Shown here: piece by piece, positions 9,423-19,107 of the stretch
Layout: each line of letters starts with the position of its first letter
How positions within the stretch are numbered: position 1 is the stretch's first letter
Virus record (IMG/VR): IMGVR_UViG_3300020165_000001
DNA length: 64,000 bases
Direction: 5' to 3' (one strand)
Origin: an uncultured virus (IMG/VR IMGVR_UViG_3300020165_000001)
Lineage: Duplodnaviria > Heunggongvirae > Uroviricota > Caudoviricetes
The notes under the pieces: generated by a model
The model's input: the letters and a program-made list of their open reading frames with translations, nothing else
Told to the model about the DNA's origin: nothing
Databases searched by the model: none
Made by a program: the position numbers and the translations under genes

Positions 9423-9720
9423 CTATCTTTTCTAATTCAAATTCTAAATGCGCTATTGCTTTTTTTAAACATTCTACAGGAGTATCATGTTTATGGTATG
9501 CACGTAAAATATAAGTAGTAGCGGTAGCAAGATGGTAAGGAAGCTCAAAGTTATCACATACTTTCCTTGCTTCATAACCATTTCTGCCCCTATAATAATT
9601 TGGAACTTTAGTGTCTTTTAATCCTAATTCTTCTTTAGACATTTTCATTTTAGGATTTATATTTGTAGTAGAGTCCATATTTCTATCATATTCATAATAA
9701 TATTTATTTTTTTTGTCCAT
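9406..9720 (-). CDS. DUF3310-family protein
   Basis: PNYY...YILRAYHKH...CLKKAIAHLEFEL. Confidence 0.7.
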   Translation of the reverse strand: MDKKNKYYYEYDRNMDSTTNINPKMKMSKEELGLKDTKVPNYYRGRNGYEARKVCDNFELPYHLATATTYILRAYHKHDTPVECLKKAIAHLEFELEKIDDQKS

Positions 9721-10112
9721 TAGTCTAATTTTGTTTTAAAGTGATCAATTATTTTATTCATTTGCCTTTTGTAGAATAAATCAAAATCTACATATTCCAT
9801 TTGGCCTGTATCTCCATTCATAGTTTTAGGCTGTGTTTTTTCCCATAGTTTATACAATACGCCTCTCATTCTCTGGCTAGGTGTCTTTTCACTAAACTCT
9901 ACGTTAGTTGTTGCTTTTTCAACTGCATCTACTTGATCTTGATTTATAGTGCTTGTTGATATTAATACATATCCTGGTTTCTTTATCATTCCAAATAAAT
10001 TTACCATTGTTTCACTTGTTAGTTCTGGAGTCCCAAGGTAAACCCTTAAGCTTCCGTCTGCTAAGGTACTAACTTTATCAATACCTCCCTCAAATACTAC
10101 TGAATTTTTCAT
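9720..10112 (-). CDS. Phage hypothetical protein
   Basis: TLADGSL...KTPSQRMRGVLY...FDLFY; translationally coupled to neighbours. Confidence 0.6.
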   Translation of the reverse strand: MKNSVVFEGGIDKVSTLADGSLRVYLGTPELTSETMVNLFGMIKKPGYVLISTSTINQDQVDAVEKATTNVEFSEKTPSQRMRGVLYKLWEKTQPKTMNGDTGQMEYVDFDLFYKRQMNKIIDHFKTKLD

Positions 10113-10792
10113 ACTTTCTTTTTTAATTGTTTTGCTACATTCTCTGCGTTCTTGTCATATACTATTAAGTATATAGGGTCTGATTTAATAACTTTATCTT
10201 TTTCTAAAGTTCCTTTACAGCCGTATATACAATCTTTAATAGTAAAATTTTCTGTAATACTATCTACTATTTTCTGTGTTTCATCATTTACTGATGTAAT
10301 CTTATCAGAGCATATTATATAAGCTATTCTTACCTTTTCTTTATTTTTAATAACCTGATATGCAGATACATATTCATTAGTTTCTTTTAGAATATTATCT
10401 GTTTGCTCCCATTCTTTTAGAGTTTCAAAAAAATGTTTTTTAGTTATAGAGTCTAAAGTAGGTAGTATAGAGTATCCTGTAAGATATATAGCGTCTATAT
10501 CAAAGTCTTTGTTGTACCTGTATTCATTACAGCCATCAGGCCTGTAGTATATCTTGTCATAAACAAAGTCTTTTTCTTTATACTTGTATTTAACAAATAT
10601 TTCTCCTTGTAATTCAGAGTGCTTAGATGGCCTACAAATAAGATATACAGAATGCACGTTACCTCCATGCATCCTGATATATCCTGTATTGTGTTCCGTC
10701 ATTTCAAAATCCCCAAACTCCTTTCTTATATTAGTTGGAATAAGTTTAAATAAATACTTTATAAACTTTTGTTTAAATTGCGGATTAGTCAT
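10109..10792 (-). CDS. Hypothetical protein
   Basis: 227-aa ORF in the operon. Confidence 0.55.
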   Translation of the reverse strand: MTNPQFKQKFIKYLFKLIPTNIRKEFGDFEMTEHNTGYIRMHGGNVHSVYLICRPSKHSELQGEIFVKYKYKEKDFVYDKIYYRPDGCNEYRYNKDFDIDAIYLTGYSILPTLDSITKKHFFETLKEWEQTDNILKETNEYVSAYQVIKNKEKVRIAYIICSDKITSVNDETQKIVDSITENFTIKDCIYGCKGTLEKDKVIKSDPIYLIVYDKNAENVAKQLKKKV

Positions 10793-10794
10793 TT

Positions 10795-11001
10795 TTATAT
10801 TTCTGTTAATTGTTTAATTTTATCTGAAATAGTTATATTCTCTTTTTTCATAGATTCCAATTCTTCAACTATTTTTAATCTTGCATATTCATCTATAGTG
10901 TCCATTAAATCTGTAGGACACAATACACATTCAATTAAATCATTTAATTCTTCATATAATTTTTCTTCGTATTTTCTTGATTCTGTTATTATTTCTGTCA
11001 T
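10795..11001 (-). CDS. Hypothetical protein
   Basis: 68-aa ORF with ATGA overlap. Confidence 0.5.
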   Translation of the reverse strand: MTEIITESRKYEEKLYEELNDLIECVLCPTDLMDTIDEYARLKIVEELESMKKENITISDKIKQLTEI

Positions 11002-11807
11002 AATATATTTTCATTCATTATATGTATACTTCTTTCTGATTTCTTATCTAGATAATCAAATCCTTGACTAGGCCAGTAGTCATTATCAGTACAGTATCTG
11101 TATATTTCTAAATCTCTGTTGTACAACTCCCTACCTTTGTCTAGTAAGTCATCACCTATTTGTATGATGTTAATACTAAATGGTGGGCTTTTTTCTATTG
11201 CTACAATATAGAACTCATGAGCCTTTACAGCATCCATGTAGAATGCAGCTTGCTTATAATACTTAAACTTCCTTACAGAGCTTGCAAAGCCGTAATAAGA
11301 GCTATCTTGTGTTGTTTTTAGGTCTACTATAATATTAGCATCTTTATTGTATACATCAAGCATACCTCTGCACTTAACATCATGCTCTTCGTTTTCCCAT
11401 ACTATAATTTGCTCCTTAAGACCATTAGTTAACATAAGCTTAGCATCGTCATCTCTCATTAGTTTTTCTGTCATTTGTTCTATTAAATGATAGTCTTGTT
11501 CTGATATAACAGTTTTAAATATATTATTTTTTACAAATTCTGCGTAATCCGCCTTTCCCTGTTTAGTTCTTTTATCAAATTTAGGAGATACAGCGTAGTG
11601 TTTATTAAACTCTTCTGGTTGCAATACATTCATGTGTAATGCAGATCCAAATTTCATTGCTGGTGTAGACGGCTGTGGATTATCTAAAGCAAATCTAAAA
11701 TATTCTGGTGATTTACCAGTAAGGTTGCTCAACATACTGTTAGATACATATTCAGTATCTTCGTAGTAGTTGTGATGTGATAAGTTGTGATCTTTTATTA
11801 ATTTCAT
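10998..11807 (-). CDS. PD-(D/E)XK exonuclease (RecE/ExoVIII, DUF3799-like)
   Basis: SNSML...FGSALH...CRGMLD...IVDLKTT...YYKQAAFY. Start re-assigned to ATG11807 because the upstream part crosses a terminator. Confidence 0.85.
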   Translation of the reverse strand: MKLIKDHNLSHHNYYEDTEYVSNSMLSNLTGKSPEYFRFALDNPQPSTPAMKFGSALHMNVLQPEEFNKHYAVSPKFDKRTKQGKADYAEFVKNNIFKTVISEQDYHLIEQMTEKLMRDDDAKLMLTNGLKEQIIVWENEEHDVKCRGMLDVYNKDANIIVDLKTTQDSSYYGFASSVRKFKYYKQAAFYMDAVKAHEFYIVAIEKSPPFSINIIQIGDDLLDKGRELYNRDLEIYRYCTDNDYWPSQGFDYLDKKSERSIHIMNENIL

Positions 11808-11825
11808 TTTTTTTATTATAGTACA

Positions 11826-11850
11826 TAAAAGCCCTCCCGAAAGAGGGCCT
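11826..11850 (-). terminator. Intrinsic terminator
   Basis: Minus strand AGGCCCTCT-TTCG-GGAGGGCTT followed by TTAT; UUCG loop. Confidence 0.65.
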
Positions 11851-11897
11851 CTATGCAATTAAAAACAAACCGAGAAAGCTCTACAAAGTAGTTACTA

Positions 11898-12254
11898 CTA
11901 ATTTGCTCCCTGTTCTTTCTTAGGCTTGTCTTCTTTTTTGTAAAACTCTTCAGCACTAATTCCTTCTTTTCTTTTTTCTGAATCATCTAAATGTTGCTTG
12001 TCTAGCTCTACCATTCTTTTTAGAATATTTTCAGCTTCAGGTATGTTCAGACAATACTCATTTAATGCATTTCTAAATCCATCTAAATCATTAGTTTCTG
12101 CTCCATTATAATCTTTATGAGCCCAAGTTAATAATGCAACTTCATGAGAGTGTAAAGCTTCTGATAAAGCCTGTAAAGTTTTATTTACATCTTCATCTAC
12201 TTTGTATTTTGACCCCATAATATTGATTTCTATTTTTTTAGTTTTCTTTGCCAT
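11898..12254 (-). CDS. Hypothetical protein
   Basis: 118-aa ORF. Confidence 0.55.
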   Translation of the reverse strand: MAKKTKKIEINIMGSKYKVDEDVNKTLQALSEALHSHEVALLTWAHKDYNGAETNDLDGFRNALNEYCLNIPEAENILKRMVELDKQHLDDSEKRKEGISAEEFYKKEDKPKKEQGAN

Positions 12255-12678
12255 ATAATTCTTTTTCTAAGTTATTAATTTTTTGTTTTAATTTTTCTTG
12301 ATTTTCTAATAGTATATCTACTAGTTTTGTTTCTTTCTCATACTTTGTGATATTTATATCATAAGTACAATGTAGTTGTATTTTAAATTTCTCATAAGAC
12401 TGTACAGCGTGGCTGTATAAGACTTTTATGTGAGGGTATACTACTAAGAAATTTTCTATAGCTTTGTTATAATGTATTACAGTTGCATGATCTTTATTAA
12501 TACAGTTTCCTGCTTGCGTGAGCGTTAGCCCGACTCTGTTTCTTAATACATGCGCAATAACCATTCTTCTTTCTACTATATTTCTTTTTCTACTTCTAGA
12601 TTTCAATACATCTAGTGATATATCAACTCTTTCACAATAGTCTGTAATAAAGTTGTTCAAAATTGTTGTATTTGTCAT
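12238..12678 (-). CDS. DnaA C-terminal (domain IV)-like HTH DNA-binding protein
   Basis: LKSRSRKRNIVERRMV...LTLTQAG...KDHATVIH. Confidence 0.8.
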   Translation of the reverse strand: MTNTTILNNFITDYCERVDISLDVLKSRSRKRNIVERRMVIAHVLRNRVGLTLTQAGNCINKDHATVIHYNKAIENFLVVYPHIKVLYSHAVQSYEKFKIQLHCTYDINITKYEKETKLVDILLENQEKLKQKINNLEKELYGKEN

Positions 12679-13040
12679 AATACTTTTATTATTACTCCTG
12701 AATGTTCTTTGTCGTATTTGTACTCCCCAAAACTAGGGATGATACAATCACAGTTGTCATCTTGAATATAATCATATTTTACCATTAAGTCCTGAACTGT
12801 TTGACAAGGATTTATATAATCAAATTTTCTTCTACTATTTCTTATAAATGTAAATTCTATTTCATATGGTATCTCCTTGCCTTTCACTAGTTCTTCAAAT
12901 TTGTTTTTATTATTTACCCAATCCTCTTTTGTGTTTTTTATGTAATTCATCACTGTTTTAGAGTGGATTAAATACTTTCCTGTCCATCGTTTTCCGTTCT
13001 TACTAGATGGGACATTTCCTGCTATAAATATCTCTGCCAT
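12675..13040 (-). CDS. RusA-like Holliday junction resolvase
   Basis: GNVPSSKN...RRKFDYIN...DLMV...IQDDN. Confidence 0.7.
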   Translation of the reverse strand: MAEIFIAGNVPSSKNGKRWTGKYLIHSKTVMNYIKNTKEDWVNNKNKFEELVKGKEIPYEIEFTFIRNSRRKFDYINPCQTVQDLMVKYDYIQDDNCDCIIPSFGEYKYDKEHSGVIIKVL

Positions 13041-13044
13041 ATTG

Positions 13045-13052
13045 CAAAGATA
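13045..13052 (-). promoter_or_regulatory. Bacteroidota-type -7 promoter element
   Basis: TATCTTTG on the minus strand, 4 nt before ATG13040. Confidence 0.6.
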
Positions 13053-13061
13053 ATAATAAAT

Positions 13062-13148
13062 TTGAGAGTTTCACCCATTAGGAATTTGGCGCATTTAAGT
13101 CTTAAAGGCATTAGCCTACCTGATCCTAGGGATCTGTTATCTCTCTCA
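13062..13148. ncRNA. Candidate structured intergenic element
   Basis: TGAGAG...CTCTCA closing stem around AGGC/GCCT and GATCC/GGATC hairpins. Confidence 0.35.
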
Positions 13149-13159
13149 TTTATATTTGT

Positions 13160-13834
13160 TTAGAAGGGCATATCATCATCAGCTGCACTAGCACTCATAG
13201 AGCTATTTGCATTTGACCAATCAGAATGTTGCTTGCTAAAATCAGCCATTTGCTCATCAGTTAAAGTCTGGTTCATGTCATTGTTATATGTACATTTTCC
13301 TCCTGACTTAGCAGACCATCTATACTTAGTAGCAGTTCTAATTACAGGCTCTTGATTATCTCTGTTTTTACTAATGTACTCTTCTGATATAAAGGTTACC
13401 ATTAAACTATTTCCTATAGCACTATTCATAGCTTTACTGTCATCACTAAAATCTTGCACCCCTGAGTTTACTAGAAAGTCTTTAATTTGCTTAGATTTCC
13501 ATTCTTGTGTTGATTGTTTATCAGTTTCTTTTACCACCCAAAATCTACATCTACCAACTTTACCGTTACTTGTAACAGAGTATTGTATAAATGGAGACCC
13601 TTTGTAGTCTTCTAACTGATCTGATGTAGTTAGTCCTGTAATTTTACATTCGTGTGCTCCAGGTGTAATGTATTCTACTTTTTCACCTACAGCTCTTTTT
13701 GTTGTTGTTGCGTTTAAATTAAACGGTAATGCACTCATTATTTGTTTTTTTTTATTTATTTTATTTTGTTCATATCTTAGGCTTTCTTTTCTTTGAGCTT
13801 CATTAGCCCATTTACTTATTGGATCATTTGCCAT
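13160..13834 (-). CDS. Single-stranded DNA-binding protein (phage type)
   Basis: ITPGAHECKI, acidic C-terminal tail DDDMPF, adjacent to an annealase. An alternative start lies at 13738. Confidence 0.65.
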   Translation of the reverse strand: MANDPISKWANEAQRKESLRYEQNKINKKKQIMSALPFNLNATTTKRAVGEKVEYITPGAHECKITGLTTSDQLEDYKGSPFIQYSVTSNGKVGRCRFWVVKETDKQSTQEWKSKQIKDFLVNSGVQDFSDDSKAMNSAIGNSLMVTFISEEYISKNRDNQEPVIRTATKYRWSAKSGGKCTYNNDMNQTLTDEQMADFSKQHSDWSNANSSMSASAADDDMPF

Positions 13835-14315
13835 TTTTAATTTTCCAATTAATGTACTTAGTTAATGTATCTCCATCAAAGATAATTTTATCTTTCTCAG
13901 GAGCATATGGATAGTCTTTACCTTTCCATTGTTTTGTAGTTAAAGTTTGTATTGGTAATCTATATAAGAATCTTCCTATACCCCACGATACACATGCACG
14001 TTTAAATGCATCTGATACATGACCTTTATCTTTTTCTACTTTAGATTCTGAACCTGTGTCTGATTTCCATACCCACTGATGATATGCAACTTCAGACTCA
14101 TTGTCTTTTGAATCACAACAAATACCTACTTTACAAAATAATAATCCATTTTCTTCATAAAATATACTTTGCCAGTTTTCAGGACCTACTACTTCATCTA
14201 GTAAGTCTTGACAATCTCTAGCATCTATATACGCAACACAAGTTGTTTTTCCAAACTTAGTAGATTGCACGCGCCACTTGAATGGCAGTTCTTTACTTAA
14301 ATCTTTTAAATTCAT
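13824..14315 (-). CDS. Rad52/Rad22 (Sak)-family single-strand annealing protein
   Basis: AYIDAR...LDEVVGPENWQ...KSDTG...SDAFKRACVSWGIGRFLY. Confidence 0.9.
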   Translation of the reverse strand: MNLKDLSKELPFKWRVQSTKFGKTTCVAYIDARDCQDLLDEVVGPENWQSIFYEENGLLFCKVGICCDSKDNESEVAYHQWVWKSDTGSESKVEKDKGHVSDAFKRACVSWGIGRFLYRLPIQTLTTKQWKGKDYPYAPEKDKIIFDGDTLTKYINWKIKNGK

Positions 14316-14551
14316 TTTTTTTCTTTTTCTAATTTATCTTTTCTCATTTTGTTTGCAGCAGACGCAGCTACTACAAATTTTACAAATCTTCTTATCATGA
14401 CAGGCCTACCTCTTAATATTAAAGTTACTGCTATTTCTTTAAATGTTAACAGTAACACCTGTCTGACAAGTTTTTTATCAATACCTAAGTCATGCGCTAT
14501 CTCTGAAACTATAGCTCGTATTGTAGTTTTCTCTTTATTTTTACCATTCAT
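14312..14551 (-). CDS. HU/IHF-like DNA-binding protein
   Basis: IVSEIAHDLGI...GRPVMIRRFVKF resembles the HU body and first strand. Confidence 0.6.
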   Translation of the reverse strand: MNGKNKEKTTIRAIVSEIAHDLGIDKKLVRQVLLLTFKEIAVTLILRGRPVMIRRFVKFVVAASAANKMRKDKLEKEKK

Positions 14552-14558
14552 GTGATGG

Positions 14559-14566
14559 CAAATATA
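14559..14566 (-). promoter_or_regulatory. Bacteroidota-type -7 promoter element
   Basis: TATATTTG, 7 nt before ATG14551. Confidence 0.55.
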
Positions 14567-14571
14567 AGTAT

Positions 14572-14733
14572 TTAATCTTTATCTCCAAACAATTGAACAG
14601 CTAAATACATTGGAAGTACAATAATACCTGCTACAATCAATGAAAATAATACGGGGCCAACAACAAAAACTGCTGCCGCAATAAGCGTTACAGCTATCAT
14701 TGGGTATTTACCTATAAGGCTATATTTTTTCAT
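14572..14733 (-). CDS. Small membrane protein (53 aa, not in track)
   Basis: MKKYSLIGKYPMIAVTLIAAAVFVVGPVLFSLIVAGIIVLPMYLAVQLFGDKD. Confidence 0.55.
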   Translation of the reverse strand: MKKYSLIGKYPMIAVTLIAAAVFVVGPVLFSLIVAGIIVLPMYLAVQLFGDKD

Positions 14734-16009
14734 AATCTGTAAATTTAGTTATTTCACTTTTAAAAGTTAGAGTCACCTCCCCGACACCTATATTCCTACC
14801 TTTAGCAAATATAATATTGGCGGTTCCCTGACTATTTTCTCCATTATCATTAAACTCTATTCCATAATACTCAGGACGATATATAAGCATTACTACATCA
14901 GCAGCTTGCTCTATCTCGCCTGATTCTCTAAGATCAGATAATGTTGGTTTGCTATTGTTACGATTACCAACACCTCTATTTAATTGACTTAGTGCTATTA
15001 CAGTGATATTTAACTCTTTAGCTAGATTTTTAAGAGTTCTAGCTACTTGACTTACTTCTTGTTCTCTAGTTCCAGACTTACTTTTACAACTAATTAACTG
15101 TAAGTAGTCTATCATAACAAGCTTAACATTTTTATTTTTTACATATTCTTTAATCCTATGCACTAAATAATTTAATGATGTTATATTACCTTCGTCTATA
15201 TGTAATGGAGTTTCTTGTATAGCATAAATTGACTCATGTATTTTCTTAAGCTCATCATCGTTTAAAGTTCCATTAGTAATATACCTGTTGCTAATACCAG
15301 AATCCATAGAAGCAAGCCTTCTAAGCAATTGTAACGCACTCATTTCGTAAGAAAACACAACAGTAGGTGTATTGGTGTATAAAGCAGCGTTATAAGCTAA
15401 GGCAAGCGCAAAACTAGTCTTACCCATTGATGATGCTCCTCCTACAATAATTAAATCTGTTTCTTGCCAGCCACCAGTAAACCTATCTATAGCTTGAAAT
15501 CCTGAAGCAATTCCTAGTAAGCCATCACTATTCATTCTTATTTCTATATCATCTAAGAAATCTTTAATCTGAGAATTTATATCTCCTAAAATTTCTGGCT
15601 TACCTATTTGTAGCTTTGACATTTCTGTAGTTAAATTACCAACTATAAGCTCTAATTCATCTCTGTTGCTTAGTTGATTATGTACATCATGTACTATACC
15701 AGTAAGTGTGCGTTTTTGAAACTCTTCTGTTAGCACGCCTACACATGTTATTACTTCCATAAAATCAAAGGCTCTATCAGTCATCTGTGATAATCCTAGT
15801 ACAACCTTATCTCCTTTAATTAGTTTAGATACTGTTAGTATATCTATAGTTTTACTTTTGCTGTGCAGTTCTATGATAGCGTGGTATGTAGATTTATTAA
15901 AATCATACTCAAACAAATCTTCGTGCAATAGCATACTGTATTTATCTATTAATTCTGGCTTTACTATAAGCTTGCCCAGTAATGTTTCTTCTATTTCATT
16001 GTTATCCAT
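14720..16009 (-). CDS. dnaB: Replicative DNA helicase
   Basis: GGASSMGKT (Walker A), MIDYLQL (Walker B), LSQLNR, LSDLRESGEIEQAAD, AKGRN. Confidence 0.95.
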   Translation of the reverse strand: MDNNEIEETLLGKLIVKPELIDKYSMLLHEDLFEYDFNKSTYHAIIELHSKSKTIDILTVSKLIKGDKVVLGLSQMTDRAFDFMEVITCVGVLTEEFQKRTLTGIVHDVHNQLSNRDELELIVGNLTTEMSKLQIGKPEILGDINSQIKDFLDDIEIRMNSDGLLGIASGFQAIDRFTGGWQETDLIIVGGASSMGKTSFALALAYNAALYTNTPTVVFSYEMSALQLLRRLASMDSGISNRYITNGTLNDDELKKIHESIYAIQETPLHIDEGNITSLNYLVHRIKEYVKNKNVKLVMIDYLQLISCKSKSGTREQEVSQVARTLKNLAKELNITVIALSQLNRGVGNRNNSKPTLSDLRESGEIEQAADVVMLIYRPEYYGIEFNDNGENSQGTANIIFAKGRNIGVGEVTLTFKSEITKFTDYEKI

Positions 16010-16028
16010 AATTTTAAATTTTAGCTAA

Positions 16029-16036
16029 CAAATATA
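16029..16036 (-). promoter_or_regulatory. Bacteroidota-type -7 promoter element
   Basis: TATATTTG, intergenic, upstream of dnaB. Confidence 0.55.
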
Positions 16037-16039
16037 TCA

Positions 16040-16294
16040 TTATTCGCCATACTTACGCTTAGCATCAGCTTTTTCTTCAAGATAATTTTCTTCCATTCTT
16101 GCATCGTATTCATATTTTTCTTCTAGATCTTCAGTCCAATTTCCACATTCATTACATATATATCCTGTTGTATCTGTATGCTCCTTACAGGATGGGCATA
16201 TATCTGAATCAGAATACATTTCTACACTACAACAGTCTGATATCCAACTATCTTCAAAGCTGCTTCCACAGCAGGTAGTAACTTCATTACTCAT
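16040..16294 (-). CDS. Cys-rich zinc-ribbon protein
   Basis: CC, CC, CPSC and CNEC motifs; likely start MSNEV. Confidence 0.6.
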   Translation of the reverse strand: MSNEVTTCCGSSFEDSWISDCCSVEMYSDSDICPSCKEHTDTTGYICNECGNWTEDLEEKYEYDARMEENYLEEKADAKRKYGE

Positions 16295-16577
16295 AATTAT
16301 TATCTTTTTTAAATTCTTGAATAGCAATTTCTTTAGACGCACATATAGAATCCATTAAAGCATCGTATATATTTTCAATAGTTTCATCATTTGATTCATG
16401 CATAGAGTTGTCTATTTCTTTTTCATAAAGTTTTGCAACTTTAAGTAATTTATTAAATTTTTGCTTAACCTGATGAGAATGAGACCACTGCATAGTATGC
16501 AGCTGCTCACTCAAACATTTCACCAAGGCTAATGTAAAATTAATATCTAGATTGATTTTTGCATCTTCTAGTTTCAT
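16287..16577 (-). CDS. Hypothetical protein
   Basis: Likely start MKLEDAK overlapping the upstream stop. Confidence 0.5.
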   Translation of the reverse strand: MKLEDAKINLDINFTLALVKCLSEQLHTMQWSHSHQVKQKFNKLLKVAKLYEKEIDNSMHESNDETIENIYDALMDSICASKEIAIQEFKKDNNYE

Positions 16578-16771
16578 GATGGATTCTTGCTTAACCATCC
16601 TAAAGCGTGCTCAACAGCCTTATCTTTCTCTCTAGTAGGTGCTTTATCTACTATAACATTCATTAAATCTAAGATAACTCTTTTAGCATCTCTTGTTATA
16701 CTATTGTTAATGCATTTCATTTGAGAATTGTATAATTCTTCAAAGTATTGATTGTGTAGTTCGTCTATCAT
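16574..16771 (-). CDS. Hypothetical protein
   Basis: 65-aa coupled ORF. Confidence 0.5.
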   Translation of the reverse strand: MIDELHNQYFEELYNSQMKCINNSITRDAKRVILDLMNVIVDKAPTREKDKAVEHALGWLSKNPS

Positions 16772-17028
16772 TATATTACTGGTATTGTTCCTAATTTTTC
16801 AAATGTAGTGGATATAGCTCCACCATCATTACCTTCATCATCCATCATTGGTACTAACCAATATTTATTATCTAACTGAATAGCTATTGGGCGCTTATAC
16901 CACATATTATCTTCCATTTCATGTCTAGTCATATATTCTACTTTTGTTATTTTCTTGCCAACTAAATGTTTAGCAATTTTTTCTGTCCAGTATTGTTCTA
17001 CTGGTTTTCCTTCAATTTTGCACTCCAT
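16771..17028 (-). CDS. Phage hypothetical protein (DDEGNDGG motif)
   Basis: LVGKKITKVEYM...MDDEGNDGGA. Confidence 0.6.
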   Translation of the reverse strand: MECKIEGKPVEQYWTEKIAKHLVGKKITKVEYMTRHEMEDNMWYKRPIAIQLDNKYWLVPMMDDEGNDGGAISTTFEKLGTIPVI

Positions 17029-17177
17029 AATTCATTTATTTTATTAAATTCTTCTATTAATATATTTTCTTCATTATCTGATAATTTTAAAAATCCTTGT
17101 ATGTATAAATTAAATAATTCAAAAATACTTGGATTGTAACCAAACTTTTCTTTATAATTTTTTATTATTGTTTCCAT
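16998..17177 (-). CDS. Hypothetical protein (59 aa, not in track)
   Basis: METIIKNYKEKFGYNPSIFELFNLY..., ATG17177 to TAG16998. Confidence 0.45.
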   Translation of the reverse strand: METIIKNYKEKFGYNPSIFELFNLYIQGFLKLSDNEENILIEEFNKINELWSAKLKENQ

Positions 17178-17190
17178 AATTTATTTATTT

Positions 17191-17535
17191 TTATTGTGCT
17201 GCCCATCCAATAAAGTAAAAAGCTTTGATACCTTTCTTGCCTTTATAACCTCTACTTTCTTTCATTTTTTTTAAGACTGCTCCTGTTATTTCTATACATA
17301 TACAGCTTCCCCATTTTTCTGCAAATTCTAGCATACTATCTTCCCACTTCCAAAACGCTTTAGTTGCATATCTTGGATTGTCATCACGCATTTTAAAGCC
17401 TGATGTTGTTGATATTGTACCATTGTAACTATCATGACCATAATCATGTAATGCATCCTCTACTAAGCTGTTATAAGCTTCTGAGGCGTTTTTGTATCTA
17501 CCGACTGCCAAATTTCCAAAATTTGTTGCTCCCAT
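17191..17535 (-). CDS. Phage early hypothetical protein
   Basis: MGATNF...YGHDSYNGTIST...KWG...FIGWA. Confidence 0.6.
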   Translation of the reverse strand: MGATNFGNLAVGRYKNASEAYNSLVEDALHDYGHDSYNGTISTTSGFKMRDDNPRYATKAFWKWEDSMLEFAEKWGSCICIEITGAVLKKMKESRGYKGKKGIKAFYFIGWAAQ

Positions 17536-17559
17536 AATTTTATTATTTTAATTAATTAA

Positions 17560-17586
17560 TAATAGTAAAAGGGGGCGTTAGCCCCC
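17560..17586 (-). promoter_or_regulatory. TAAC-loop hairpin plus TTTACTATTA cassette
   Basis: Minus strand GGGGGC-TAAC-GCCCCC-TTTTACTATTA. Confidence 0.7.
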
Positions 17587-17597
17587 TCTCATGTTGT

Positions 17598-18467
17598 TTA
17601 ATAATTTAACAAAAACTTATATGCGTTTTCGTTCATTTTACCAGCAGATCCAGTAATAATACTTTCTTGCTTACCATTTTTCCTTAATGGTGCTGACTTA
17701 TGATGTGTTGTATATTTAGTTATACCATTAAATACACCCCATTTAGTATGTGATATTCTAGACATTTCACTATCTATACAATGTGCTATATCATATATCA
17801 TATTTTGTTTTCTAGAAGACATATCTTTTTCTGTAGCCATTCTATCTGTATTTGTTAAATAATCTATTAAATCATTTACCAAAGTAGGTGTAGCAGACTG
17901 ATCGCTAAATCTTTGCAAGTTAGCAATCTTTTCTTCTTGTGATGTAAAGTTAATTATAGCAGGCAATTCTTTTACTTTATCCTGTATAGACTGTGTATGT
18001 CTATAACCTGATATTGCATTAGAATTTAACCAGCCAAATTGATTTTGACAGAATATTACTTTATTCATAAATCCAAACTTAAGGCTACTAGATCCATCAT
18101 GACTGTTAATAGCATATATGTATTGTTCAGTGTCCTGCCCACCTATAACTACATGGTTATTAGGGCGTTTCATCTGTACCATTACTTTTCTACCTTCGTT
18201 AAAAGGCATTGCTTTTACTATTTCTAAATCATTCTGACCAGCAATTTCTTGCATAGTTTCTATAATAGTATGATTTTGTGTAGGAGTGTACGCTTCTTTT
18301 ACTGTAGCAAATACTTCTCCAGTATCTTCTCTTACTATACCATAGTAGTCTGTAGAGTGTAATCCATTGTTAGCATCTGTTGTGCATTCTCCTGCATAAA
18401 GCAGTGGTTTCTTAACTACATTCCAGTTAAGTCCATTTTGTTCTAAAATTTCTTCTGTATTAAGCAT
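17598..18467 (-). CDS. DUF932/DUF945-family protein
   Basis: GLNWNV...YTPTQN...NSHDGSSS...CQNQ...RHT...TKWGVFNGIT. Confidence 0.85.
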   Translation of the reverse strand: MLNTEEILEQNGLNWNVVKKPLLYAGECTTDANNGLHSTDYYGIVREDTGEVFATVKEAYTPTQNHTIIETMQEIAGQNDLEIVKAMPFNEGRKVMVQMKRPNNHVVIGGQDTEQYIYAINSHDGSSSLKFGFMNKVIFCQNQFGWLNSNAISGYRHTQSIQDKVKELPAIINFTSQEEKIANLQRFSDQSATPTLVNDLIDYLTNTDRMATEKDMSSRKQNMIYDIAHCIDSEMSRISHTKWGVFNGITKYTTHHKSAPLRKNGKQESIITGSAGKMNENAYKFLLNY

Positions 18468-18927
18468 AATCTAATTCTAATTTAGTTAATAATTCTTCTG
18501 GTGTTCCATGAAATATCTCTGTAGCTTCGCTTCTACTATCTATTTCATACACTGTTAGGTGTATTTGTTTATCTTCTTCTGATATTTCATATAGATATTC
18601 TTCCCAGCATTCTGAAGCGTCAGGATGCATACAGTATATACCTCCTACATTAGATGTTGGTGTTCCATCATCTTTGCATCCGCTTGATTTAAAATGTACA
18701 AACATTTGTGCTGCTAGACAGTCCATACCATTAAACATAGGCTCAGACTTATCTAAAGGTATACCATTTACAACTGTATATCCAGATAACCATTCTGCTA
18801 ATTCAGCACCATGACCACTCATGTAGCCGTCATATTGACGGTACATACATGTAAGTGGTTGTCTGTGTTTTTTACCTGTTGTATCTTCCCAGGTTCTTAT
18901 TACTTTAGTTAATGATCTAGTTCCCAA
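18460..18927 (-). CDS. Phage early hypothetical protein
   Basis: MGTRS...MYRQYDGY...NGMDCLAAQ...EYLYEI; TTG start. Confidence 0.65.
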   Translation of the reverse strand: MGTRSLTKVIRTWEDTTGKKHRQPLTCMYRQYDGYMSGHGAELAEWLSGYTVVNGIPLDKSEPMFNGMDCLAAQMFVHFKSSGCKDDGTPTSNVGGIYCMHPDASECWEEYLYEISEEDKQIHLTVYEIDSRSEATEIFHGTPEELLTKLELDYA

Positions 18928-18928
18928 A

Positions 18929-19105
18929 TTATTTTGTTTTATTTGTTAATGACTCTGATATTGTTTCTGTTATCAATGACAACACTTTTGCATACGCTTC
19001 ATTTGATCCTAAGCGATATTCTTCAGATCTATTATCTGTATTTTCTCTGCTTATTGCAAGCTCCAGCTCTACAAGAGTTGCTATTTTACCTATTAGTATT
19101 TCCAT
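18929..19105 (-). CDS. Hypothetical protein (58 aa, not in track)
   Basis: MEILIGKIATLVELEL...; fills the gap exactly. The listed + ORF 18934-19119 is its shadow. Confidence 0.55.
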   Translation of the reverse strand: MEILIGKIATLVELELAISRENTDNRSEEYRLGSNEAYAKVLSLITETISESLTNKTK

Positions 19106-19107
19106 AT

